DNA from: a virus
Length of the DNA: 64,000 bases
IMG/VR virus record: IMGVR_UViG_3300005844_000002
Span: 3,963-67,962 of that record
Direction: 5' to 3' (one strand)
Numbering within the stretch: position 1 is the first letter of the stretch; each line of letters begins with the position of its first letter. The notes under the pieces are model-generated. The model was given only the letters and a program-made list of their open reading frames with translations. It was not told the origin of the DNA and searched no databases. Position numbers and translations under genes: made by a program. Shown here piece by piece: positions 51,901-61,128 of this stretch.

Positions 51901-54325
51901 TTCTGTTTGGGTAGAAGAACAGCAGAGGGGGCTAAAAAATAGTTTGGAAGAGGCCGCAAACAACGCGTCCACTCCAGAAGAAGCTGCGCAGCTACGCAAG
52001 CAGGCATCTAAGGTGGTAAGCACAATTGGACGTGAAAGCGTATTCAAGAATGAGGCTGAATTTCAGGCCGCGTTAAATGATCCACAGATCAAACAGGCCA
52101 ACGAGATTTTTAAGCAGACTGTTCAGCCCGCAGCCCAGGCCCGTCATTTGCTCACGGGCGGATTTGATTCCAGGGAAGAGTACGAAGCCGCGATTCAGGA
52201 AGCGCTAAAAAACGGAGACCCACTTCCAACCGTAAAGCTTGCTGCCCCAGGACCAAATACTGGAGTTTTCATAAACCAGCAGCCAATATTTGAAGAGGCC
52301 AAAGAAGTTACTGGAGGATCATCGCCAAAGGGCAACCTCCGAAATCCGCTTCAGCGCAGGTCTGCATTTTCTAAGGTTCGTAAGGGCACCGCAGAAGAGT
52401 ACAACATTGACGCCAATAGCCTGATTGAGCGCATGGTCAAAGGTAACTATGAGGATGCTGCTAAGCGGAACATGTATACACAGCTTGAAAAAGACGGGCT
52501 GGGCGTAGCGCTTCCTGCCGGAGAAAAACCAACAGACCTAGATACCGGTCGTTACGGAGGTCCTCCAATTCCAATCGAGCAACGCGGAAGCGGCAGCGCC
52601 AATACTTTTTTTTGGCCGGATCAATCTATTGAAGGAGAGTTGAGAAAAGCTCTGAACACAGATAGTCCGTTACGTAAAAAAGGATTTCTTGCTAGTGTCA
52701 GAGGAGCAATGAACCTGATTCAGATGCGCGGCCTAACCGATCCGGTTGTGCACGGGGCCAACATTATTGCTGGTATCGCTTCTGCTCCTGGTGGAGAAAA
52801 CTTCATTACTCAAGTGTTTAGGGGCATGCCGATAGCATCCTCGTTCGATGCTCTTGGGAAAGTGGGGATGAAGGTTGTTGACCTTATCAAAGACACTCCA
52901 GAAATTAGGTCGCAAATCGCTAAACTTTCCGAAATCGGAAGTATCAGACCGGTCTACGAAGGAGATACGAATCGTATCAGTCGATTCCTCCACACGGTAG
53001 ACAAAGCCGGTAGGTTGGCCTTAGATGATCTCTATCAGACCTTGGTTGATCGAGGACTAGTTCAAGAGTCAGAAGCTGGTAGGCGCGATTTTGCCAATAG
53101 AATTGGTCAGTACAATAGCCGTTTGCTTGGTCAATATGACGGTATCCTAAAAGAGTCTGGATTATCGCCGTTCCTGGTTGCTGGTAAAAACTTCAATTCT
53201 ATTGGCCTTAAACAAGTCGGAGCACTTGGCGGGCTATCCACTGGAGGAGTGAAGGCTGCATCCAAAGCAGCAAGCCTGCAGCTTAGGGCAGCACAGACTA
53301 TTGGGGCCTACAGTACACTTGTCGCCATACCAGCGGTGATTAACTATCTGGCCTGGGGAGACCCAGGTGGACCAGATGGAACCCCGCTTGGTAAGATTGC
53401 GCTAAATGAAAGTGACGATGGAAAGCGTTACTACTTCGACCCGGCACAGCTCACACTGCTTCGGCGTGGCTTGCGCAGCACGGGCCTGCAAGCGGTCATA
53501 ACCGGTGCACAAACTGGCGACAATCTAAACAACGTAGGTGGTCAAGCATGGCGAGACGTAAGAAACGCGCTCATTCACCCCTACGCTGGTCCAGTCCCAA
53601 CCGCAGCAGTCACCGCTTTAACGGGATATAACCCAACGTTCCATCGCGTAGCGGAGAACGTAACTCCTATTGGTCAAAGCCCAGACACGCTAAGGCAGCT
53701 TGGAGCTAATGCGAGTGCCGCGTTTAGAAACCTAAATCCAGTTCAAGGGGCCTTTGCAGAATCCGCTACGCCTAAAGCCGGAGAGGAGGCGTTTGGTCCA
53801 GGAGAATCAATTCTACCTGGAGTCGGAAACATGCTGATGGATCTTGCTGGCGCTGGTGGTCTACGTAGGGCGACTCCGCTGAGCGAAGACACAGGCGCGC
53901 TCCACGAGGCTCAGGACGAACGCTTCGAAGCCAACAGAAACCGCAAGAAGCTGATCGAGTCAATTATCGCAGGAAGCACAGACGCGAACGGACAATTGGA
54001 TCTGTCTCAAGTTAGGGCCCACATTCAAACGCCAGAGATCCAGCAGGCCATCCGAGAGAACCCACTGCAAGCCCAGCTTCTCAAGAACGAGATCCGCACC
54101 GCAGTTAAACAGAAGCTCCAAGGCCAACAGAAGTCGGACGTTGAAAGTAAGTTCAATGTCGCCGAAGGAGAACGTGCTCAGTTTTACCTTAACCGAATCT
54201 CGAATCTTTCGCCGGAAGAGGCGCAACAATACCTGCGAGATCAGAAGTCAAAAGGATATTTGACTAGGAAGGTCCTGCAACAAATGAATTATTTGAGGTC
54301 AAGACAGCCCGCTGGTGTTCCGTGA
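48917..54325 (+). CDS. Large ejection protein (1802 aa)
   Basis: MPTYEVTGPSG...EG..PP N-terminus, Gly-zipper TM segments, helical C-terminus. Confidence 0.75.
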   Translation: MPTYEVTGPSGTVIEMEGANPPSQADIDAAFASIQKTAVPATQASSGGSDLARMASAAYSAPAPNIGANLNLRDARAAGGQTLSLSQASPIARERAYDVLGGLTGQGGSEAAQFTKEFRAAPVGQAFQDRDLGAIVKTGDNTFRRVGTAPQRDQTAGDISTQLLNQVSNADIGGAFSTLQPGFNRAGNLAVRSGGLVASTLAPELRLPGLILGSTGELAGQAIDAESAGQDPLNWRNYSLPGIVGAGLVSTVGSGATAPTLRQAAAQGILEGGALEAPYQLSSLTAGPTQAEIDPNTGLPIGAAKYEGNATDLLPTLAMGLGARGGHAIANAISDLRNPRLPQIESAPASYTDQGIINAQAARQAEGNAALADAFQGEQRALQGIDTGYQNAVELQAPVQAQNVLDAAEAQGAVNAQRQGAILDNPATPQSAQALREQLALEQQAADRAVQQQNILRQASGLDLQEAMRANQIQPSTLTPIETSPQELAARQIRELDAQRATALPLNAELSSQANRMNEQYGRALPIALPTIAGVGVGGAIGSTQGDTPQERFQNTVLGAVGGGLLGAGGTAAARLAQPELNAGEQVLAKAAKPPSLANIVAETASHVEGSPASTQAAANALTQTPKLPTIAEATAQQSALVQGLKEMGYSDNDIVDIKRNNTPEKISETINRNPSNTRVAILDEEGNVVGQSEDLFQKIKAYKSAYPSEMTGEEFNRLRQQDQIGGNQNAIQKQSATSKVLRPESTGQSGKLELPSVEPRNAQSEIVAGTQALDQAIQNIEQAPPLKPLPEDTEFLYEQKYDTKSGPKSERYYQVDRTPDNPRGRTVDEATLRSEGYDTSGLPGPEENSANSGSSQFSGAIGAGGTQGAVTGKALGILAGGATGGTLGFLGSNEKDDKLVHTVAGAIIGGIGAAALMKGADAITRAKVGQELDVLRRNIINENIPRLRNASEESANAVFRYANAPQAAEDVAKDMQARVLGSQYKSPEFSKKLGSVWVEEQQRGLKNSLEEAANNASTPEEAAQLRKQASKVVSTIGRESVFKNEAEFQAALNDPQIKQANEIFKQTVQPAAQARHLLTGGFDSREEYEAAIQEALKNGDPLPTVKLAAPGPNTGVFINQQPIFEEAKEVTGGSSPKGNLRNPLQRRSAFSKVRKGTAEEYNIDANSLIERMVKGNYEDAAKRNMYTQLEKDGLGVALPAGEKPTDLDTGRYGGPPIPIEQRGSGSANTFFWPDQSIEGELRKALNTDSPLRKKGFLASVRGAMNLIQMRGLTDPVVHGANIIAGIASAPGGENFITQVFRGMPIASSFDALGKVGMKVVDLIKDTPEIRSQIAKLSEIGSIRPVYEGDTNRISRFLHTVDKAGRLALDDLYQTLVDRGLVQESEAGRRDFANRIGQYNSRLLGQYDGILKESGLSPFLVAGKNFNSIGLKQVGALGGLSTGGVKAASKAASLQLRAAQTIGAYSTLVAIPAVINYLAWGDPGGPDGTPLGKIALNESDDGKRYYFDPAQLTLLRRGLRSTGLQAVITGAQTGDNLNNVGGQAWRDVRNALIHPYAGPVPTAAVTALTGYNPTFHRVAENVTPIGQSPDTLRQLGANASAAFRNLNPVQGAFAESATPKAGEEAFGPGESILPGVGNMLMDLAGAGGLRRATPLSEDTGALHEAQDERFEANRNRKKLIESIIAGSTDANGQLDLSQVRAHIQTPEIQQAIRENPLQAQLLKNEIRTAVKQKLQGQQKSDVESKFNVAEGERAQFYLNRISNLSPEEAQQYLRDQKSKGYLTRKVLQQMNYLRSRQPAGVP
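51105..51278 (+). CDS. Nested 57-aa basic protein of MPFKSKAQ type in the +1 frame of the ejection gene
   Basis: GGAGG at 51092-51096, 8 nt before ATG; MPFKSKAQQ...W..ETPNQKSLPEH. Confidence 0.7.
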   Translation: MPFKSKAQQAKCYVLKAQGKAGNWNCLAWSHETPNQKSLPEHKPSTKQSKTSNKHRR

Positions 54326-54358
54326 TGGTTTGATTGTTCGTTCGCGTTAGTTTATTGC

Positions 54359-54390
54359 TTGACTCTGATTGCGCAATCGAAATGATTCGC
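54359..54390 (+). promoter_or_regulatory. Promoter with palindromic operator GATTGCGCAATC
   Basis: TTGACTCTGATTGCGCAATCG starting 36 nt before the ATG. Confidence 0.6.
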
Positions 54391-54394
54391 GTCA

Positions 54395-55264
54395 ATGAGT
54401 ACAGCATTATTGACGATTAAGCAAATTAAGGAGATGCCAGCAATGGTGATTCCGGGTGTTCAAGGAACACTTGTTGAAGTAAAGGAGCACAAGCAGGTGC
54501 AAGGTGCTAAGGGGCCTACCACAGTACAAAGCTTCAAAATCCAGGAAGGAAATGACTGGCTGTTTGGAGACGCCTGGGGCATGCAGGACTTATCGCCGTG
54601 GCGCGGGCAGCACGTTATCTTCGTATCCAATAAGACAGGGAACAACAAGATCGCTGGGGTACAGATTAAGGAGAAGCCGAGTCAAGACGGGTCCAAGACG
54701 TACAAGAACCTGAGCATATCCAGCGTAGCCACGCTTCACGACCCCAACACATACGAATCCAGTAAGGGCGTACCAGCTCTGCACCAGCAGGCTCCAGTCG
54801 CGGCACAACCAGCACCACAAGCTCAGCAGCAAGCGCCATTCGTGCCCAAGCCTGCTGTGACACAAGCGCCAGCGTCATTCGCGCAAAGGATTGATAATAT
54901 CGCTAGCGTCGGTCGGGGAGCAACTCCTATTAACGGTCAGACTGTAGGCATGGCTTTAAAATTAGCGGGTGATTTCATCATGGCTGGCCCAGAAGCGTTC
55001 GACGATATAGCTATATTGGGTGCGCGGCTTCACTCGGTTGCTTCGATGATTATCATAACCGCACAGCGACTGGAGCGCGGAGACCTAGAGTACCGCCAGG
55101 CTAGTACAGTAGACTCGGTAGCCGGTGCCTACACGCCAGCCGACACAGCAGGCATTGAATCCTTCGAGCGTGCTATTCCACAGCCGCGATCTAAACCGAC
55201 TCCCGGGCCTGGCGGCTCAGCCTTCCAAGCTAGCCAAGACGACGGAGAGGACGTGCCATTCTGA
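54395..55264 (+). CDS. Single-stranded DNA-binding protein (putative)
   Basis: OB-fold-like N-terminus, P/Q linker, C-terminal DDGEDVPF. Confidence 0.7.
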   Translation: MSTALLTIKQIKEMPAMVIPGVQGTLVEVKEHKQVQGAKGPTTVQSFKIQEGNDWLFGDAWGMQDLSPWRGQHVIFVSNKTGNNKIAGVQIKEKPSQDGSKTYKNLSISSVATLHDPNTYESSKGVPALHQQAPVAAQPAPQAQQQAPFVPKPAVTQAPASFAQRIDNIASVGRGATPINGQTVGMALKLAGDFIMAGPEAFDDIAILGARLHSVASMIIITAQRLERGDLEYRQASTVDSVAGAYTPADTAGIESFERAIPQPRSKPTPGPGGSAFQASQDDGEDVPF

Positions 55265-55428
55265 TGTATATGGAAAACGAAGAAACCCAAGAAATTATTA
55301 AAGAGATAAACGCTTTGATGAAAGCTCAATCAAGAGAAACCGCCAAGCTTATTTTGTGGCTAGTGACAATAAGCTCCCTGCTTGGCGGATTGGCAGGGGC
55401 TTTAGTCGTAGCCCTTTTAAAGAAATGA
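55264..55428 (+). CDS. 54-aa membrane protein (not in the ORF track)
   Basis: MYMENEETQ...LILWLVTISSLLGGLAGALVVALLKK; overlaps at both ends. Confidence 0.6.
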   Translation: MYMENEETQEIIKEINALMKAQSRETAKLILWLVTISSLLGGLAGALVVALLKK

Positions 55429-55628
55429 ACGCCGATCAATCCAACTTAGGTAAACTTACGAAGGTAAAGAACAAGCGGCCACGTGGCAACGAACAGAAGG
55501 AATATCTGGCCACGAAACTAGAATTTCCCGAGCACGGCGTACAGGACCTGATGTTTCGCCCTGATGAGCTAATCAGACCACTCAAGCGAGCGCTACGTCA
55601 GCGCGACGATTTACCAGCTATCAACTAA
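55425..55628 (+). CDS. Hypothetical protein
   Basis: MNADQSNLGK start, ATGA-coupled. Confidence 0.65.
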   Translation: MNADQSNLGKLTKVKNKRPRGNEQKEYLATKLEFPEHGVQDLMFRPDELIRPLKRALRQRDDLPAIN

Positions 55629-55641
55629 AACTAAAAACAAC

Positions 55642-57435
55642 ATGGCATTCCAATCAACTCACTGGTACCACAGATCACCAGACGGAACAGTAACATCTAG
55701 GTACGACGCGGACCTGCGCGTAGCCCGCAAGGAAAATCTCTATCCATCGGTAACGACCGTAGAGAAACAAATCCGGGCCAACGGCCAGCTAGGCCAATGG
55801 ATCACAAGGGAGACAATCAAGGCATGCTGCGAATATCCCAAGTTCGACTTCGAGGACATGAAGGATTATGTGGCGCGGATCGAGAAAGCTTCCGGTAAGA
55901 TAGCCGAGACTGCCGCCGACTTTGGCACGCGGCTACATGATGCGCTTGAGTGGTATCCGCAGATCCCGATGGACCCGCAGATTCAGCCCTACTTCGACAA
56001 GTACGCTGTATGGCATGAGGCGAATATCCTAGAAACTATCTCGTCTGAAACCATGCTCGCCAATCCCTTGATTGGTGTAGCCGGTAAAATGGACAAGCTC
56101 GTAGTCCACAAGGATCATGGACGAGTTCTTGTAGATTTCAAGGGGTTAGACATGGAAACCGACATACCTACGCCGAGTGGATGGACTAAGATGAAGGATC
56201 TTCAGGTTGGTCATTACGTATATGGCTCTACCGGAAATCCGGTTATGGTTACCGCGAAATCTCAAACGCATCACAGGAAATGCTATAAGATTAAATTCTG
56301 TGATGGTTCATCAATTGTGTGCGATAATGTTCATCTTTGGACGGTTCATCACGGAAGAAGCGGGAAAGAAAATCGAATCACGGTAAACTCAGATCAGCTT
56401 GTTGACTTGGTTGCAAAGAGATCTTCTGGCATACACACGTTCATAAGAAATTCATCTCCTATTTCTGGACCAAACCTTCAGCTTCCGATAGACCCATATT
56501 TTCTTGGTGCTTGGTTGGGTGACGGTACGGCATCAGAACCAAAGATCACGCTTGGCGATAAGAAAAGATTGATAGCAGACTACATAAAACTCCTTGGCTT
56601 CGATGTAAGAGAATATAAGAAAGATCAGTTTTACATCAAAAACCTCCGAGGTGTTCTAGTATCAAATGGACTGTTTGGAAACAAACACGTTCCTCCCATA
56701 TACTTAAGAGCATCTTTTGAACAAAGACTCGAACTTCTACGAGGGCTTATGGACACTGATGGTTCGTGGCACAAAACAAGAAATCACGCGCAATTCGTAA
56801 GTACAGATAAGCACCTGAGAGATTCAGTTTACGAGCTTGTTTGCTCGCTAGGATGGAAGGCGTCAACGCATGAGCATACGGCCACAGGATTCGGCGTTTC
56901 AACACGTGCGTACACTCTGTGCTTCACCCCGTTTGGGCATAATCCATTTAAACTTAACACGTTTAATAGGCCGAAGGCGCAAGCTAGAATTAACGGAACT
57001 GCTAGATGCGGTAAACGATTGATTAAAAAAATAGAACCGGTTGAAAGTGTACCAACGCAGTGCATTCAGGTAGATGCCCACGATTCTCTTTACCTTGCTG
57101 GACGCCAAATGGTTCCTACCCACAACACGCAAAATGTGAAAGCGAAGCCCGCGTTCTATGATTCGTGGGCACGACAATTAGGGTTTTATGCGCAGACCTA
57201 CGCCATGCAATTTAGGTGCGAGGTGCCGCGCATCATGTCCATTGTGCTAGATTCCAATGAGCCAAAAGCACCAATAGCTCATCTGTGGTCTCACGAAGAT
57301 CAGGATAAAGGATGGAGGGAGTTTGTTTGTCAGGCTTATTTGTGGATGATGGATAAAGATCATTGGCCCGCTGGTAAGTGGGATGTGTCCGATGTCCTCA
57401 ACGCGCCTGACTTGGCAAACGACATACCCGTATGA
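55642..57435 (+). CDS. PD-(D/E)XK exonuclease (RecB/Cas4-like) interrupted by an intein
   Basis: YPSVTT, GTRLH, E...AGKMD, VDFK|T, QLGFYA. Confidence 0.85.
   Translation: MAFQSTHWYHRSPDGTVTSRYDADLRVARKENLYPSVTTVEKQIRANGQLGQWITRETIKACCEYPKFDFEDMKDYVARIEKASGKIAETAADFGTRLHDALEWYPQIPMDPQIQPYFDKYAVWHEANILETISSETMLANPLIGVAGKMDKLVVHKDHGRVLVDFKGLDMETDIPTPSGWTKMKDLQVGHYVYGSTGNPVMVTAKSQTHHRKCYKIKFCDGSSIVCDNVHLWTVHHGRSGKENRITVNSDQLVDLVAKRSSGIHTFIRNSSPISGPNLQLPIDPYFLGAWLGDGTASEPKITLGDKKRLIADYIKLLGFDVREYKKDQFYIKNLRGVLVSNGLFGNKHVPPIYLRASFEQRLELLRGLMDTDGSWHKTRNHAQFVSTDKHLRDSVYELVCSLGWKASTHEHTATGFGVSTRAYTLCFTPFGHNPFKLNTFNRPKAQARINGTARCGKRLIKKIEPVESVPTQCIQVDAHDSLYLAGRQMVPTHNTQNVKAKPAFYDSWARQLGFYAQTYAMQFRCEVPRIMSIVLDSNEPKAPIAHLWSHEDQDKGWREFVCQAYLWMMDKDHWPAGKWDVSDVLNAPDLANDIPV
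56143..57126 (+). mobile_element. Class 3 intein with a LAGLIDADG endonuclease (328 aa)
   Basis: Starts GLDMETDIPTPSGW; block B CDNVHLW; LGAWLGDG and LRGLMDTDG; block F TQCIQVD; ends PTHN|T. Confidence 0.9.
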
Positions 57436-57463
57436 GCATTCTAAAAATGATGTACGATAATCC

Positions 57464-57814
57464 ATGGACTACGATCGGATTTATGATCGTTGGAACATTG
57501 TGCGTGGTGGCCATATTGGAAAACATTCCAAAGCGATGAAACCGCGCACAAGACCCTGCACTAACCGCACGGAGTTCAGCCGGTACGTTGACGACAATCC
57601 TACCTGCATCCCAGAATGGGAGGAACTTCGCCTGGCGTACTTTGGTAAGAAGCACGGGCAGAGACCAGCATTCGGGTTTTACATTAGGTCGTACTACGCG
57701 GATAAGTTTCTGATCAAGTACGATAGTTGGTGGTTAAACCATCCTGAGCTTTGGAGCGGAGGAGTAAATCAAGATATCTTAGCCAATGCACACACAACCC
57801 GTTCAGTCGCTTAA
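57464..57814 (+). CDS. Hypothetical protein
   Basis: 116 aa in the operon; start uncertain. Confidence 0.5.
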   Translation: MDYDRIYDRWNIVRGGHIGKHSKAMKPRTRPCTNRTEFSRYVDDNPTCIPEWEELRLAYFGKKHGQRPAFGFYIRSYYADKFLIKYDSWWLNHPELWSGGVNQDILANAHTTRSVA

Positions 57815-58100
57815 GCCCGAGTCGATTCAAGAACCATACGACTATCCCACAAGGTGGCTAGTGAAAAGCTCTAGCTCGGAACACACAATGTATCTCGTAG
57901 ATCTCGGCAGTTACAATAACGTAGGCGAGTGCCAATGTATTTACTGGAGAACTACAGTAGGACCTAAGGTTAAGAAAGGTCAAGTCGTTAGATGCCGCCA
58001 CATAAATATTGCTAGGGAACGTTTTACCAACTGGGCTATCAAAGAATTCCACGATAAAGATCCAGACAAAGGACATGACCGCGAACAACTCGAACGATGA
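57786..58100 (+). CDS. SWIM-type Zn-finger protein
   Basis: Y.VDL...CQC...CRHI. Confidence 0.7.
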   Translation: MHTQPVQSLKPESIQEPYDYPTRWLVKSSSSEHTMYLVDLGSYNNVGECQCIYWRTTVGPKVKKGQVVRCRHINIARERFTNWAIKEFHDKDPDKGHDREQLER

Positions 58101-58417
58101 AACGTTCCCCCCTTAAGAGAAGCACGAAGCCACTTAAGCGAACGCAGCTTAAGCGCGTGTCCAAGAAGATGGCCAAGGCGTATGAAACCTACCGACAGCG
58201 AAGGAAAGACTTCCTTGCCGAGCACCCGTTCTGCGAAGTGGAGATAGTTGTACCAGGAGTGCTTTCCTGTATGGGTGCCTCATGCGATGTTCATCATATC
58301 AATAAGCGCGGGCCATACCTAAACGACACATCTACCTGGCTAGCGGTATGTCGCGAGTGCCACACTTTTATTCACAACAACCCAAAGATAGCCAGAGAAC
58401 TAGGACTACTCAAATGA
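58097..58417 (+). CDS. Small HNH nuclease
   Basis: MKRSPLKR, C...DVHH...N...LAVCRECH. Confidence 0.8.
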   Translation: MKRSPLKRSTKPLKRTQLKRVSKKMAKAYETYRQRRKDFLAEHPFCEVEIVVPGVLSCMGASCDVHHINKRGPYLNDTSTWLAVCRECHTFIHNNPKIARELGLLK

Positions 58418-58758
58418 TTCAACCAATTCAACCAATCAATATCGTTACAAAGAAAACGCTGCGTGAGACAGTCCGCGCACAGAAAGCGGCCATCCAAAAG
58501 CTAGAGGGAAACCTGCGCATTCTCCTAGTTATGATCGAAGCAGTGCGCTCAGAGTACAACTTATCGCAAGAGAAGGTTGAGGAGCTCACCAGCAAGTTCA
58601 TCAACGCTCACGTAGAACGAGACGCCGAAGGCAAGATAGACATGTCGGAGTTTTTGGGCGCGGCTGACGGCATTAAGGAACAGCTCATCAAGCTCAAAGA
58701 AACCATTGCGAACGGAGAGATACCACCTATCGTTAAACCTGAACAAAAACCAGAATGA
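58414..58758 (+). CDS. Hypothetical protein
   Basis: MIQPIQ start, ATGA-coupled. Confidence 0.6.
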   Translation: MIQPIQPINIVTKKTLRETVRAQKAAIQKLEGNLRILLVMIEAVRSEYNLSQEKVEELTSKFINAHVERDAEGKIDMSEFLGAADGIKEQLIKLKETIANGEIPPIVKPEQKPE

Positions 58759-58940
58759 AGACCGCCGACAATCTTAAGAGGGCATTGGAATATTGCGAAA
58801 AGCAAATGCGGTGTATTTGGGGTGACGATACGCTATCCCGCGATTATCAGGAAATACATAGACAATGGGCAATTGAAACAGCTAAGAAAGCTATTACCGA
58901 ATACGAAGCAGATAAGACAATGCTGGAGACAAAACCATGA
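58755..58940 (+). CDS. Hypothetical protein
   Basis: ATGA-coupled. Confidence 0.55.
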   Translation: MKTADNLKRALEYCEKQMRCIWGDDTLSRDYQEIHRQWAIETAKKAITEYEADKTMLETKP

Positions 58941-59215
58941 GCATGACCCTAGGCCAACAGCAAGCCATGGTGGAAGCCATGGAAAACTTAGAGAAACACC
59001 TAGCGCACGCCACCATGTCTCACCGAGTCTGCATGGTAATGGCTGAAGCACTACGCCAAAAGCTATGCATGTCCCGGTTAGAGGTAGAGAAACTAATGGA
59101 CGAGTTTGCTCGTGAAAACGCGGCAAGCATACGCGACGAGTTAGCACTAGAGTACAAGGACGGAGTGTTTACGCCCGCTGGCGTGAGTGCGCCGATTGAT
59201 CCAGAGAGGAACTGA
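58937..59215 (+). CDS. Hypothetical protein upstream of terminase
   Basis: ATGA-coupled. Confidence 0.6.
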   Translation: MSMTLGQQQAMVEAMENLEKHLAHATMSHRVCMVMAEALRQKLCMSRLEVEKLMDEFARENAASIRDELALEYKDGVFTPAGVSAPIDPERN

Positions 59216-61128
59216 CCATTAACTTAGAACAAGTAGCGATAGTTCATGAGGCGCTTTCTGCTGGTGACTGGCCAGCCGCGGCAAGCCTAGCCCTACGTGC
59301 CGATGAGGTAGATCTAGTCGTAACCGAACAGAAAGAGGCGGACGTAGTAATTCGCACTCTGCTTCAGAACCTACTCGATTCCGATGATTATCTCATGGCG
59401 GCGGGGCTGCTCTGGAGTCGCGCTCAATTTGATCCCAGGCCGAGTGTGACACAAGAGATATTCAAAGCTATCCTTGAGAACAATCGGCTACTCATAATGG
59501 CCGGATCATCTTTGAGTAAGACATACTCTGCTGGTGTCTATTTCACTTTGGATTTCTTACGCGACCCATTGTACACCAACATTAAGTTGGTCAGCGCAAA
59601 TGAAGATAACTTGCGAAAGAATCTTCACTCTCACATCTCTGCGCTATTTAAGACAATGTCGATACCCATGAAGCATGAGCTAACTATCCGGGATAGTGAC
59701 ATGTCGATTGGAGTAAAGGGATGGATCGCAGAAATGGGCATATCTGGTATCGCAATTAAGCAAGGTACAATATCTTCTGGAGGATTACGAGGCCACAAGG
59801 TGAAGCCGATTCGCAAGGTTCCTCACCCGCGTTTCGGCATGAGTTCTCTGCTAAGAATCCTTGTGGATGAAGGGCAAGACGTGCCATCGGCTGGTTACGG
59901 TGACTTACAGACAACCGAGGCGTCAATGGACGGTAAGGACCTAATCAAGATCGTAATTCCGTTTAACCCGGTCGATCTCTCGCGTAGAGCTGTGGAGATG
60001 GCCGAGCCAATTGAGGGCTACCATCCAGATCAGATTGAAACCCTTCACTACTACCAGGGAAAGTCAGGTTACCAGGTGCTCCGACTAGACGCGGCTAAGT
60101 TCGAGAACATAGTTCAACGTAAGACCGTGTTCCCCGGGCTAATGACGTACCAAGCCTATCTAGGCTTCATGCGCGGCGGGGACAACAGCGCCGCCTACTA
60201 CGTTGCTCGTGGGTTTCCTCCCATGAAGGATAGCGCCAACACGGTGATTCCTCCAGAGCGCTTACAGACGCAAAGAGGAGAGGCTATTTACATAGGTAAG
60301 ATTCGGAATATAGCATCAGTAGACTTAGCCTTTCAGGGAAGAGATACAGCGGTGTTCGTGATCGCTCGCTGGGGTCTTGCCGCAGGTTGGATCAAAGAGA
60401 GAGGCGAGACCATTTTCTTTGAGGACAGGCTTAACCCGGGAGAAAAGAAAGCGCGGCACGTAATGACCGTTGACCAGATCTTTATCCTACCAAAGAGTGA
60501 TGACACGGTGACCATGACGCAAGAAGTAATGGGCCGATGTAAGCAGCTCATGATTGACCCTGAGGACGTTTGCATGGATATGACCGGAAACGCTCTTGGT
60601 GTTTGGTCACATGCAACGAAGTTCTGGGGTAACGTGCTAGGAATAAACTGGGGAGAACAAGCTACAGAGCTTAGGGTTTTATCTGACGACGTTGGAACGG
60701 CGCGGGATGCCTACGATAACCTTCCGAGCGAAATGTGGTTTACGTTCAATCGCTGGCTGGATCCGCGAGTTTGCGGCATCCTGATAAATCCGATTATCTC
60801 AACGACTCCGCTCTATCGCCAACTTAGCTCTAGGCGCTATTCTACGGTTAAGGATCACAAGAGCCGCGTTGAGTCGAAGGACAACTATAAGGCCAGGAAT
60901 GCTGGCGTGTCTCCTGACATTGCGGATACGTTCATCATGTTGCCGCAGTTGATCCGTACTAGATTTAATACTATTCCCGGGATGATGGAAGCTTCAAGCA
61001 AGAAGCTGCCTAGCGGAAACGAAACGGACAGCAATACGATCTCCCACAAAACGCTCGATCAGCCCGACTATTTATTCGATGAGAACGGAGAAATTCACGC
61101 CAAAGACACTTTGGAAATTTATGAGTGA
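59212..61128 (+). CDS. terL: Terminase large subunit
   Basis: Walker A-like AGSSLSKT, Walker B ILVDEG, FNP, nuclease VDLAFQGRD, DMTG, SPDIADT; frame open from 59200, first ATG at 59395. Confidence 0.88.
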   Translation: MTINLEQVAIVHEALSAGDWPAAASLALRADEVDLVVTEQKEADVVIRTLLQNLLDSDDYLMAAGLLWSRAQFDPRPSVTQEIFKAILENNRLLIMAGSSLSKTYSAGVYFTLDFLRDPLYTNIKLVSANEDNLRKNLHSHISALFKTMSIPMKHELTIRDSDMSIGVKGWIAEMGISGIAIKQGTISSGGLRGHKVKPIRKVPHPRFGMSSLLRILVDEGQDVPSAGYGDLQTTEASMDGKDLIKIVIPFNPVDLSRRAVEMAEPIEGYHPDQIETLHYYQGKSGYQVLRLDAAKFENIVQRKTVFPGLMTYQAYLGFMRGGDNSAAYYVARGFPPMKDSANTVIPPERLQTQRGEAIYIGKIRNIASVDLAFQGRDTAVFVIARWGLAAGWIKERGETIFFEDRLNPGEKKARHVMTVDQIFILPKSDDTVTMTQEVMGRCKQLMIDPEDVCMDMTGNALGVWSHATKFWGNVLGINWGEQATELRVLSDDVGTARDAYDNLPSEMWFTFNRWLDPRVCGILINPIISTTPLYRQLSSRRYSTVKDHKSRVESKDNYKARNAGVSPDIADTFIMLPQLIRTRFNTIPGMMEASSKKLPSGNETDSNTISHKTLDQPDYLFDENGEIHAKDTLEIYE

